From the NCBI GenBank assembly GCA_041497895.1, contig JBGQHJ010000137.1, forward strand, positions 1-12,801: 12,801 bases of DNA, given 5' to 3'. This DNA comes from Candidatus Methylomirabilia bacterium. Its GTDB lineage: Bacteria > Methylomirabilota > Methylomirabilia > Rokubacteriales > CSP1-6. The stretch's first letter is position 1. Every line of letters starts with the position of its first letter. Under the pieces are notes generated by a model, which had not been told where the DNA came from, made no database searches, and saw nothing but the letters and a program-made list of their open reading frames with translations. Positions 1 to 7,334 of the stretch are shown one piece after another. The position numbers and the translations under genes are program-made.

Positions 1-303
1 ATCTACGTCGTCCCGATCAAGAGCGACTCGGAGCACTATCCGCCCGAGGGAAAGCTGCGCGTCTACCGCAGCCGCACGGGCGGACACGAGTGGGAGGCGC
101 TCACCAAGGGCCTGCCGCAGCGCGACTGCTACGTGAACGTGCTGCGCGACGCGATGGCCGTCGACTCGCTCGACAAGTGCGGCGTGTACTTCGGCACCAC
201 CGGCGGGCAGGTGTACGCGTCGGCCGATGCCGGCGACAGCTGGGCCCCCATCGTCCGGGATCTTCCGGCCGTGCTGTCGGTCGAGGTCCAGACGCTGCCA
301 TGA
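1..303 (+). CDS. BNR/Asp-box beta-propeller protein (exo-alpha-sialidase-like / glycosyl hydrolase-like), 5'-truncated by window edge
   Basis: Frame 1 is open from base 1 to TGA 301-303 (missing from the ORF track): [39 protein letters not shown]...[40 protein letters not shown]. Two Asp-box-like motifs ([16 protein letters not shown]), GC-rich third codon positions, ATGA overlap with the next gene. Confidence 0.85.
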   Translation: MYVVPIKSDSEHYPPEGKLRVYRSRTGGHEWEALTKGLPQRDCYVNVLRDAMAVDSLDKCGVYFGTTGGQVYASADAGDSWAPIVRDLPAVLSVEVQTLP

Positions 304-596
304 TCCGCGTCGTGCTCCCGGCCCACCTGCGGACGCTCGCGGGCGTCGGGGGCGAGGTGAAGCTCGACGTGGAGGGTCAGGTCACGCAGCGCGCGGTTCT
401 CGACGCGCTCGAGGCCAGCTATCCGATGCTGCGCGGGACGATGCGCGACCAGGTCACGCACCAGCGCCGGGCGTTCTTGCGGTTCTTCGCCTGCGAGCAG
501 GATCTGTCCCACGAATCGCCGGACGCCCCGCTGCCCGACGCGGTCGCGACGGGGGCCGAGCCTCTTCTGGTCGTGGGGGCCATGGCCGGCGGCTAG
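300..596 (+). CDS. MoaD/ThiS-family ubiquitin-like (beta-grasp) protein, 98 aa
   Basis: Likely start is ATG 300 (ATGA overlap), not 90. [15 protein letters not shown]...[16 protein letters not shown]...VVGAMAGG ends in the diagnostic C-terminal Gly-Gly and has the size typical of the family. Confidence 0.9.
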   Translation: MIRVVLPAHLRTLAGVGGEVKLDVEGQVTQRAVLDALEASYPMLRGTMRDQVTHQRRAFLRFFACEQDLSHESPDAPLPDAVATGAEPLLVVGAMAGG

Positions 597-696
597 TCAC
601 CGCGGGGGGCGGTGCCGTCGCACCAGGGCGAGGAGGCCCATGGGAAGAAAGACTAGCAAGAGAAGTTCTTACCGATCTGCATCTGGTTTCACACCG

Positions 697-717
697 GCCA
701 TGTCGAATTTACATGGC
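697..717. promoter_or_regulatory. Perfect 7-bp inverted repeat; candidate upstream activator (enhancer) site
   Basis: GCCATGT-cgaattt-ACATGGC, centred about 125 bp upstream of the predicted sigma54 start site. Extra TGACA half-sites at 723-727 and 740-744. Confidence 0.5.
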
Positions 718-804
718 GTCGATGACAATGATCGGTTGCTGACAGCGCCCCGCGCGGCTGCGGGTGCAACTCCTCGCCGGACTTCGTTGTTTAGCTCAGA
801 ATAG

Positions 805-821
805 CTGGTATGGCGCTTGCG
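805..821 (+). promoter_or_regulatory. sigma54 (RpoN) -24/-12 promoter
   Basis: CTGGTATGGCGCTTGCG = TGGTAT-N5-TTGC versus consensus TGGCAC-N5-TTGC, with exact GG-N10-GC spacing (GG 807-808, GC 819-820). It lies in an intergenic region and implies +1 near 832. Confidence 0.65.
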
Positions 822-836
822 TGGGCCCACCGGCCC

Positions 837-1055
837 ATGGAGCCCGCTCCCACCGCTCCCACTCCGCTGCACGAGGCCATCAGCGCGTTCAAGCGCAAGC
901 TCGTCCTCGAGGCGCTCGCCCGGTTCTCCGGTAACCGGAGCCGGGCCGCCGCCGCGCTCCAGATCGAGCGGACCTCGCTCCTGCGGCTCATCCGTGAGCT
1001 CGAGATCGCGGAGCTGGTGCCCGGTCATCGCGGGCGCCCGTCGTCACCCCGCTAG
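837..1055 (+). CDS. Small stand-alone Fis/NtrC-type helix-turn-helix (HTH_8) protein, 72 aa
   Basis: LHEAISAFKRKLVLEALARFSGNRSRAAAALQIERTSLLRLIRELEI matches the 'AL....GN.S.AA..L.I.R..L' HTH_8 pattern; no AAA+ or receiver domain. ATG 837 is preferred over ATG 810, which lies inside the sigma54 box. Confidence 0.8.
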   Translation: MEPAPTAPTPLHEAISAFKRKLVLEALARFSGNRSRAAAALQIERTSLLRLIRELEIAELVPGHRGRPSSPR

Positions 1056-1123
1056 CGTCTCCGCACCACCGGCCGCTCCGCCCCCGGAGCGCGCCGCGGA
1101 GTAAACGTGCCGTAGATGTCACA

Positions 1124-1153
1124 TTGACGCTCCTCCTCGCCGCCACCTAGAGT
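1124..1153 (+). promoter_or_regulatory. Putative sigma70-type promoter for the DHOR-gsp operon
   Basis: TTGACG (1124-1129) - 18 nt - TAGAGT (1148-1153), about 80 bp upstream of ATG 1231. Confidence 0.5.
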
Positions 1154-1218
1154 TTCCGATCACCACCGCTCGGCGCCGCACCGAAGCGCGAGCGCGATCT
1201 CTGCAATTGCCTCGGCAC

Positions 1219-1225
1219 GAGGAGG
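1219..1225 (+). promoter_or_regulatory. Ribosome binding site
   Basis: GAGGAGG 5 nt upstream of ATG 1231. Confidence 0.75.
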
Positions 1226-1230
1226 ATCAC

Positions 1231-2622
1231 ATGTCGAAGACGCGGCTGGTGCTCGGGATGGTTGCCGTCGTGCTCGTCCTGGTGATGGGCCTGTTGAGCG
1301 CGCCCTACGCGCAGCTCCATCTCCGCGCGCGTGATCCCGGCCCGCGCGGCGGACCCGACGCCGCCGGCGGCCCGCTGCCCGGCCTGAGCGCGGCGCAGCT
1401 CGCCTTCTTCGAGGCCGGCCAGCAGGAGTTCAACGACGAGGAAGGCGTGGGCGACGGCCTTGGGCCGCGCTTCAACATGAATAGCTGTGGCGGCTGCCAC
1501 GTGCAGGGGGGCGTCGGGGGGACGAGCCCCGCGGTGAATCCGCAGGTCGCGGTCGCTACCGCCTTCGGCGCCCGCAACCAGGTCCCGTTCTTCGTGAAGG
1601 CCGACGGCCCGGCGCGGGAGGCGCGATTCAAGTACAAGGCCGACGGAACACGGGACGGAGGCGTGCACGCCCTCTTCGTCGTCAGCGGGCGAGTCGACTC
1701 GAGCGGCAACGCGAGCGGCTGCACCATCCGGCAGGAGGACTTCGCGGTTCAGGCCCGAGCGGGCAATCTGATCTTCCGGATTCCCACCCCGGTGTTCGGG
1801 GCCGGACTGATCGAGCAGATCGCCGACGGCGCGATCGTGGCGAATCAGGCCGCGAACTCCGGTCGCAAAGGCACGCTGGGCATCCGGGGCCGGCCGCACC
1901 GCGTCCCGCTCAACGGCACGACCAACGTGAACGGCAACGACGGCACCATCGCGCGCTTCGGGTGGAAGGCCCAGAACAAGTCGCTGCTCCTGTTCTCGGG
2001 CGAGGCCTACAACGTGGAGATGGGCATCAGCAACGAGCTCTTCCAGACCGAGCGCGATGAGACGGCGAACTGCCAGTTCGCACTCACGCCGAACACCATC
2101 ACGAACGCCGAGGCCGCCAACGCGGTGGAAGCCCTCAGCCCGATCGAGAAGTTCGCCCACTTCATGCGCTTCCTGGCGGCCCCGACACCCTCGACGAGCA
2201 AGCCGGGCGGGGCCAGCTCGATCGCCAACGGGCGCGCCGTCTTCCAGAGCGTGGGCTGTGCCCTCTGCCACACGCCGGCGCTGAACACCGGCAATGCCGC
2301 GGTGGCGGCCCTGCGCAACCAGGCGGTCAATCTCTACTCGGACCTGCTGCTCCACAACATGGGGTCGGGCCTGGCCGATGACATCCTCCAGGTGCAGGCC
2401 GGCCCCGACGAGTTCCGGACGGCGCCCCTCTGGGGCCTGGGCCAGCGGCTCTTCTTCCTCCACGACGGGCGCACCAGCGACCTGCTGGAGGCGATCCGGG
2501 CTCACGCCAGCGGGCCGGGCCCGAAGTATCCGGCTTCGGAGGCGAATGGAGTCGTCGCGGCCTTCGACCGCCTCACCGAGCAACAGAAGCAGGATGTCTT
2601 GAATTTTCTCCGATCGCTCTAG
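1231..2622 (+). CDS. Exported di-heme cytochrome c oxidoreductase, DHOR family (putative peroxidase / thiol oxidoreductase), 463 aa
   Basis: Sec-type signal peptide (MSKTRLVLGMVAVVLVLVMGLLSAPYA-Q). Two CxxCH motifs (CGGCH 1486-1500, CALCH 2257-2271). Family motifs GLGPRFN, RFGWKA, AYNVEMGI, YSDLLLHNMG, FRTAPLWG, FLHDGR and C-terminal FLRSL. Confidence 0.9.
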   Translation: MSKTRLVLGMVAVVLVLVMGLLSAPYAQLHLRARDPGPRGGPDAAGGPLPGLSAAQLAFFEAGQQEFNDEEGVGDGLGPRFNMNSCGGCHVQGGVGGTSPAVNPQVAVATAFGARNQVPFFVKADGPAREARFKYKADGTRDGGVHALFVVSGRVDSSGNASGCTIRQEDFAVQARAGNLIFRIPTPVFGAGLIEQIADGAIVANQAANSGRKGTLGIRGRPHRVPLNGTTNVNGNDGTIARFGWKAQNKSLLLFSGEAYNVEMGISNELFQTERDETANCQFALTPNTITNAEAANAVEALSPIEKFAHFMRFLAAPTPSTSKPGGASSIANGRAVFQSVGCALCHTPALNTGNAAVAALRNQAVNLYSDLLLHNMGSGLADDILQVQAGPDEFRTAPLWGLGQRLFFLHDGRTSDLLEAIRAHASGPGPKYPASEANGVVAAFDRLTEQQKQDVLNFLRSL

Positions 2623-2632
2623 GGGCGGTCCA

Positions 2633-4240
2633 TTGGGCAAGGCGGCGCGGCCGGCGGGCGAAGCTCAGGTCGCCACCCGCGCCGCCTTGTCCGACGACGC
2701 CCTCCGCGCGATCGCCGCGCGGCAGGGGCTGTCCTTTCTCTCCGCGGCCGAGCTGCCCGCGACCGTGCCGCTCGTGAAGAACCTCTCGCCGAAGTACCTC
2801 CGGCACTACGTGGCGTGCCCGATCGCGATCGACGGCGATATCGTCACCGTGGCCACCGCCGATCCCGCGAACGCGCTCCTGCTCGACGACCTTCGGCAGA
2901 ACCTGGGGCCCACCGTCCGGATCTGCGTGGCGCCGGCCGGCGCCATCCTCGAGGCGATCGAGCGAACCTACGAGGCCGGCACCGCGCTCCAGAAGATCGT
3001 CGACGACATCGAGCCGGGCGCGCTCGATCCCGAGGCCGAGCGGGACGCGGATATCAGCCAGCTCCGCGACATGGCCTTCGAGGCCCCGGTGGTCCGCCTG
3101 GTCAACCTCCTGATCGAAGGCGCGATCGACGGGGAGGCCTCGGACGTCCACATCGAGCCCTACGAAGACACGCTCCGGGTGCGCTATCGGGTCGATGGGC
3201 TCCTGTACGAACAGGAGGCGCCGCCCCGGCGGCTCCAGGCGGCGGTGACCTCGCGCATCAAGATCATGGCCGAGCTGAACATCGCCGAGCGCCGGCTCCC
3301 CCAGGACGGCCGGATCCGCGTCACCACGCAAGGCCGCCGCGTGGATATCCGCGTCTCCACCGTCCCCACCATCCACGGGGAGTCGATCGTCATGCGCCTC
3401 CTGGACCGGTCGTCCGTCTTCCTGCCCTTCGACCGCCTGGGCTTGACCCCGCGCGTGGCCGAGGCCTTCGAGGTCCTGATCCACCGACCCCACGGGATCG
3501 TGCTCGTGACCGGGCCCACCGGCTGCGGCAAGACCACGACGCTCTACGCGGCGCTCGACAAGATCAATGCGCCGGACCGGAAGATCATCACGGTGGAGGA
3601 TCCGGTCGAGTACCAGCTCAAGGGCGTGAACCAGATCCCGGTCCGGCCGAAGATCGGGCTCGACTTCGCGAGCGGGCTCCGGCACATCGTGCGCCAGGAC
3701 CCGGACATCATCATGGTCGGCGAGATCCGCGATCTCGAGACGGCCGAGATCTCCATCCAGGCGGCGCTGACCGGCCATCTCGTCTTCTCCACGCTGCACA
3801 CGAACGACGCCCCCGGAGCGGTGACGCGACTTCAAGACATGGGGTGCGAGCCCTATCTCGTGGGCTCGGTGCTCAGCGGCGTGCTGGCGCAGCGCCTCGT
3901 CCGCCGCATCTGCCGGGCGTGTCGGGCCCCCGATCACCCCGACCCGGCGGACCTCCTGGCCATCGGCGTGACCGACGCGACCGGCGTGGAGCTGTTCCGC
4001 GGCAAGGGCTGCGAGGACTGCCGGGGCACCGGCTATCGCGGGCGCACCGGGATCTACGAGCTCTTCCGGCTCACCGAGGACGCGCGGAGCCTCATCCTCA
4101 CGAAGGCCCCGACGGGCGCGATCCGCCGCCACGCGGTCGAGCGCGGAATGGTCACGCTCCGCGAGGACGGCTGGGCCAAGGCCTGCGCGGGCGTCACGAC
4201 GGTGGAAGAGATCCTGCGCGTGACCCAGGAGGACACGTAG
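2633..4240 (+). CDS. gspE: Type II secretion ATPase GspE
   Basis: ASDVHIEP, RYRVDG, IAERRLPQDG, Walker A GPTGCGKTTT, ITVEDPVEY, RQDPDIIMVGEIRD, TGHLVFSTLHTND and the Zn motif CRAC...CEDC. TTG start is uncertain (alternative TTG 2687). Confidence 0.95.
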   Translation: MGKAARPAGEAQVATRAALSDDALRAIAARQGLSFLSAAELPATVPLVKNLSPKYLRHYVACPIAIDGDIVTVATADPANALLLDDLRQNLGPTVRICVAPAGAILEAIERTYEAGTALQKIVDDIEPGALDPEAERDADISQLRDMAFEAPVVRLVNLLIEGAIDGEASDVHIEPYEDTLRVRYRVDGLLYEQEAPPRRLQAAVTSRIKIMAELNIAERRLPQDGRIRVTTQGRRVDIRVSTVPTIHGESIVMRLLDRSSVFLPFDRLGLTPRVAEAFEVLIHRPHGIVLVTGPTGCGKTTTLYAALDKINAPDRKIITVEDPVEYQLKGVNQIPVRPKIGLDFASGLRHIVRQDPDIIMVGEIRDLETAEISIQAALTGHLVFSTLHTNDAPGAVTRLQDMGCEPYLVGSVLSGVLAQRLVRRICRACRAPDHPDPADLLAIGVTDATGVELFRGKGCEDCRGTGYRGRTGIYELFRLTEDARSLILTKAPTGAIRRHAVERGMVTLREDGWAKACAGVTTVEEILRVTQEDT

Positions 4241-5493
4241 TGGCGGCGTTCGTCTACCGGGCCGCGAACCGGCGAGGCCAGACCATCGACGGCGTCATGG
4301 AAGCGCCCGACGTGCGCGCGGTCATCGAGCAGCTCCAGCGCGATACCTACTATCCCATCCAGGTGACGCCCCGGGACTCTACGGGCCGGGACACCGCGGG
4401 CCGGGACGCCAAGAGCCAGACGCTCCGCCCGGCCTGGAGCGGCCTGGGCGCGCGACGGGTCGCCGGGCGCGACCTCGTCGCCTTCACCCAGCGGCTCGCG
4501 ACGCTGCTCGAAGCCGGGCTCCCCCTCGACCGGGCCCTGGCCATCCAGGCCGAGCTGGCGCCGAGCGCCCGCCTCCGGTCCATCACGAACGACGTCCTGG
4601 CTAGCGTCCGGGGCGGCACCTCTCTCGCGGATGCCTTCGCGAAGCACCATCCGCAGCCCTTCTCGCGGCTCTACGTCAACATGGTGCGGGCCGGCGAGCG
4701 GAGCGGGGCCCTCGACAGCACGCTCAAGCGCATGGCGGAATTCCTGGAGGAGGCCCAGGGGCTTCGCGACGCGCTCGTCTCCGCCCTCATCTACCCAGCG
4801 CTGCTCACCGCGGTCGGCACCGCCGCGGTCGTGTTTCTCATGACTTTCGTCATCCCGCGCTTCGCCGACATCTTCCGCGATCTGGGCGGCGCGATCCCGC
4901 CGCCGACCCGCGTCCTGCTCGCGGTGAGCGGGTGGCTCCAGCACTTCTGGTGGCTGCTCGGGCTGGGCGGGCTGACGGCTGCGCTCGCGGGGCGCCTGGT
5001 CCTCTCGACGGCCGGCGGCCGACTCGAGGCCGACCGGCTCCTGCTGCGCCTGCCCGTGCTTCGCGCGGTCCTCCTCGAATACGAGGTCGCGCGGCTCGCG
5101 CGCACGCTGGGGGCACTGCTCCACAGCGGGGTTTCCCTCGTCGCGGCCCTCGCCCTCGTCAAGGAGACGAGCTCGAATCGTTACCTCGCCCGCGCGGTGG
5201 GCGGGCTCGGCGATGGCGTGAAGCGCGGGGCGGGGCTCGCGAAGCCCATGGCCGAGGCCGGCGTGTTCCCGGCCCTGGCCATCCACATGGTGCGCGTCGG
5301 CGAGGAGACCGGGCGGCTCGAGGACATGCTGCTGAAGGTCGGCGCCACGTTCGAGGCGGATACGCGGCGGCGGCTCAAGCGCCTGATCGCGCTGGCCGAG
5401 CCCGGCATCATCCTGGTCATGGGCCTCCTGGTCGGATTCATCGTGGTGGCGATGCTGCTGGCGATCTTCTCCATCAGCGAGATTCCGCTGTGA
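4240..5493 (+). CDS. gspF: Type II secretion inner-membrane platform protein GspF, 417 aa
   Basis: GTG 4240 with AGGAGG at 4227-4232. FVYRA, FTQRLATLLEAGLPL, YVNMVRAGERSGAL, ALIYP, VIPRF, VGEETGRLEDML and EPGII motifs; three hydrophobic segments. Confidence 0.95.
   Translation: MAAFVYRAANRRGQTIDGVMEAPDVRAVIEQLQRDTYYPIQVTPRDSTGRDTAGRDAKSQTLRPAWSGLGARRVAGRDLVAFTQRLATLLEAGLPLDRALAIQAELAPSARLRSITNDVLASVRGGTSLADAFAKHHPQPFSRLYVNMVRAGERSGALDSTLKRMAEFLEEAQGLRDALVSALIYPALLTAVGTAAVVFLMTFVIPRFADIFRDLGGAIPPPTRVLLAVSGWLQHFWWLLGLGGLTAALAGRLVLSTAGGRLEADRLLLRLPVLRAVLLEYEVARLARTLGALLHSGVSLVAALALVKETSSNRYLARAVGGLGDGVKRGAGLAKPMAEAGVFPALAIHMVRVGEETGRLEDMLLKVGATFEADTRRRLKRLIALAEPGIILVMGLLVGFIVVAMLLAIFSISEIPL
4372..4410 (+). 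repeat. Imperfect 15-bp in-frame tandem repeat (about 2.6 copies) in gspF
   Basis: CGGGACTCTACGGGC / CGGGACACCGCGGGC / CGGGACGCC encoding RDSTG-RDTAG-RDA. Confidence 0.7.
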
Positions 5494-5948
5494 GCGCCCC
5501 CTCGATCCGACGTACGGTCACGGCGGCCCTCCGGAGCCAGCGCGGCTTCTCGCTCATCGAGCTGCTCGTGGTGATCATCATCCTCGGCCTGATCGCGGGG
5601 CTCGTGGGCCCGCGGCTCTTCGGCCGCGTCGGCCAGTCCAAGCAGGCGACCGCCCGGGCGCAGATCGAGCTGCTCGGCGCCGCGCTGGATCAGTACCGCC
5701 TCGACATCGGGGCGTACCCCGCGGCGGCGGTGGGCCTCCAGGCGCTCGTGCAGAACCCCAACGCGCCGAACTGGAACGGTCCGTACCTCAAGAAGAACGC
5801 GGTCCCGTCGGATCCCTGGGGGAAGCCGTACCAGTACAAATGCTGTCCGGGTGACCACGGCGACTACGACATCTGGACCCTCGGGGCCGACGGGGCACCG
5901 GGAGGCGAGGGCGAGAACGCCGACATCGCCTCGTGGGAGACCAAATGA
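5490..5948 (+). CDS. gspG: Major pseudopilin GspG, 152 aa
   Basis: GTGA overlap with gspF. Prepilin motif QRG/FSLIELLVVIIILGLIAGLVGP; ALDQYRLDIGAYP, WNGPYL, DPWG, GADGAPGGEGENADI. Confidence 0.95.
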   Translation: MSAPSIRRTVTAALRSQRGFSLIELLVVIIILGLIAGLVGPRLFGRVGQSKQATARAQIELLGAALDQYRLDIGAYPAAAVGLQALVQNPNAPNWNGPYLKKNAVPSDPWGKPYQYKCCPGDHGDYDIWTLGADGAPGGEGENADIASWETK

Positions 5949-6379
5949 GGCGCGGCTACACCCTGATCGAGACCGTGGTCGTGCTCCTCGTCCTGGCGCT
6001 GGCCGCCGCCGTCGTGGCCCCGGGGATCGGGCGCGGGCTGGACTCGGTCCGGCTCCGCGCGGAGGTGGCGGGCGTCGCCTCCTTCCTCCGCGCCGCGCGG
6101 GAGCGAGCGATCTCGCAGCACGTCTCGCTCGAGGTGGGCCTCGACCCCGAGGGGCGCACGCTCGTGGTGAAGGGCGCCGACGCCGTGCGCGCGGTCCGGC
6201 ACCTTTCCCCCCTCGTCCATCTCGAGGCCGATCCGCCTCAGGCCCGCACCGTGACCTTCTTCGCCTACGGGCTTTCCAGCGGTGGCCGATTCAGAGTCGA
6301 GGCGCAGGGGGCGGTCGTCTACGTGGTGACGGTGGATCCATTGACCGGGCGCGTCTCGACCCGTCGGGGCGAGTCATGA
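5945..6379 (+). CDS. gspH: Minor pseudopilin GspH, 144 aa
   Basis: MRRG/YTLIETVVVLLVLALAAAVVAP; 'FLRAARERAI', 'VTFFAYGLSSGG' and 'VDPLTGRV' are GspH/FimT-like; position after gspG. Confidence 0.88.
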   Translation: MRRGYTLIETVVVLLVLALAAAVVAPGIGRGLDSVRLRAEVAGVASFLRAARERAISQHVSLEVGLDPEGRTLVVKGADAVRAVRHLSPLVHLEADPPQARTVTFFAYGLSSGGRFRVEAQGAVVYVVTVDPLTGRVSTRRGES

Positions 6380-6753
6380 GGGGATTCACCTTGCTGGAGG
6401 TTCTCGTCGCGATGCTGATCCTGGGGCTCGCCGTCGTCACCTTGATCCAGTTGAGCTCGCAGGGCCTGCGCCTGGTCAAGCTCTCGGGCGACCAGCAGCA
6501 GGCCGCGCTGCTGGCCGATCGGCTCGCCCGGGCGATGGAGCCGCTCGCCGAAGGCGTGGAAACCGGACGCGAAGGACCGATGACGTGGGAGCGCCGCGTC
6601 GCGCTCCTGGGCACGCCCGACGAGCTGAGCCCGCCGAGTGGCCCCACCCCGGAGCTCCGAGCCCTGACCGTGACGGTCCGCTGGGGTTTTGGCCGCTCGC
6701 TCGAGCTGGCGAGCCTGCGGCTGGTCCCGCGGCTGTCGGACGCCGGCCGATGA
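6376..6753 (+). CDS. gspI: Minor pseudopilin GspI, 125 aa
   Basis: MRG/FTLLEVLVAMLILGLAVVTL, C-terminal 'LTVTVRW'; ATGA overlaps on both sides. Confidence 0.88.
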   Translation: MRGFTLLEVLVAMLILGLAVVTLIQLSSQGLRLVKLSGDQQQAALLADRLARAMEPLAEGVETGREGPMTWERRVALLGTPDELSPPSGPTPELRALTVTVRWGFGRSLELASLRLVPRLSDAGR

Positions 6754-7334
6754 GTGGGCGGCGAGCCTCCGGGTTCACGTTGATCGAGATCGTCATCGCG
6801 CTGAGCCTGGTCGCCGCGCTGCTCGCGATCACCTTCGGTGGTCTCCGGGTTGGCATGGCGGCCTGGCGCCAGGGTGATGCCCGGGCCGAGCGCCTCCAGC
6901 ACGCCCGGAGCCTGAGTCAGGTCATGGCGCGCGCGCTCGGTGGCGCGCACCCCTATCGCGTCGACGCCGCGGGAGCGGAGCCGGCTCCCCCCGCGTTCGA
7001 GGGCGAGCGGGACCGCCTGGCCTTCGTGACCGCTCGGCCCCCGGTGCCGCTGGCTGCCCCGATCGCGTTCACCGCGGTGTCCCTCTCTCACGAGGAGGCG
7101 GGGCTCACCATTCGCGAAGGGGCGCTCCCGAACCGAGATCTCTTCGCGCGGCTCGCCCCCGTGCTCGTCGATCCGAGCGTCGCGGGGCTTCAGTTCCGCT
7201 ATCTCCGCGGCGAGGACCGGACGTGGGCGGAGCGCTGGGACGCGGCGGCCGAGCAGGCGCTCCCCGCCGCGGTCGAGATCACGTTCGCCGAGCACCCTCC
7301 GCTCGTCATTCCGCTCCGGGTGGTCACGCCGTGA
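6750..7334 (+). CDS. gspJ: Minor pseudopilin GspJ, 194 aa
   Basis: SG/FTLIEIVIALSLVAALL; 'FEGERDRLAFVT' and 'LQFRYL...WAERW...LPAAVEI' GspJ-type motifs. Confidence 0.88.
   Translation: MSGRRASGFTLIEIVIALSLVAALLAITFGGLRVGMAAWRQGDARAERLQHARSLSQVMARALGGAHPYRVDAAGAEPAPPAFEGERDRLAFVTARPPVPLAAPIAFTAVSLSHEEAGLTIREGALPNRDLFARLAPVLVDPSVAGLQFRYLRGEDRTWAERWDAAAEQALPAAVEITFAEHPPLVIPLRVVTP

Noticed and set aside
598..624. Two alternative short hairpins after the MoaD-like gene (CACCGC/GCGGTG and GGTGC/GCACC)
   Set aside because: Short GC stems without a U-tract are common by chance; cannot call a terminator or riboswitch.
781..804. AT-rich patch between palindrome and sigma54 box as an IHF site
   Set aside because: No acceptable match to WATCAA-N4-TTR on either strand.
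2633..2760. c-di-GMP-binding MshEN motif at the GspE N-terminus
   Set aside because: No RLGxxL motif is present; absence is common among GspE proteins.
3512..3541. Walker A reads GPTGCGKT rather than GPTGSGKT
   Set aside because: Still fits GxxxxGKT; a variable position and no sign of inactivation.
2815..4239. 892-aa ORF suggesting a large N-terminal extension or fusion on GspF
   Set aside because: The upstream part is an off-frame shadow of gspE (Arg/Pro/Gly-rich); a good SD plus GTG at 4240 gives a normal-sized GspF. The same applies to extended ORFs starting at 90, 4932, 5851, 6585, 7223 and 8601.
1147..5858. Long minus-strand ORFs (1147-2640, 2573-4132, 4054-5286, 5181-5858 and similar ones later)
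   Set aside because: Antisense shadows expected from high-GC codon bias; no recognisable motifs, and they overlap well-supported genes.
5945..5975. Tyr instead of Phe at +1 of mature GspH
   Set aside because: Tolerated prepilin variant; Gly-1 and Glu5 are intact.
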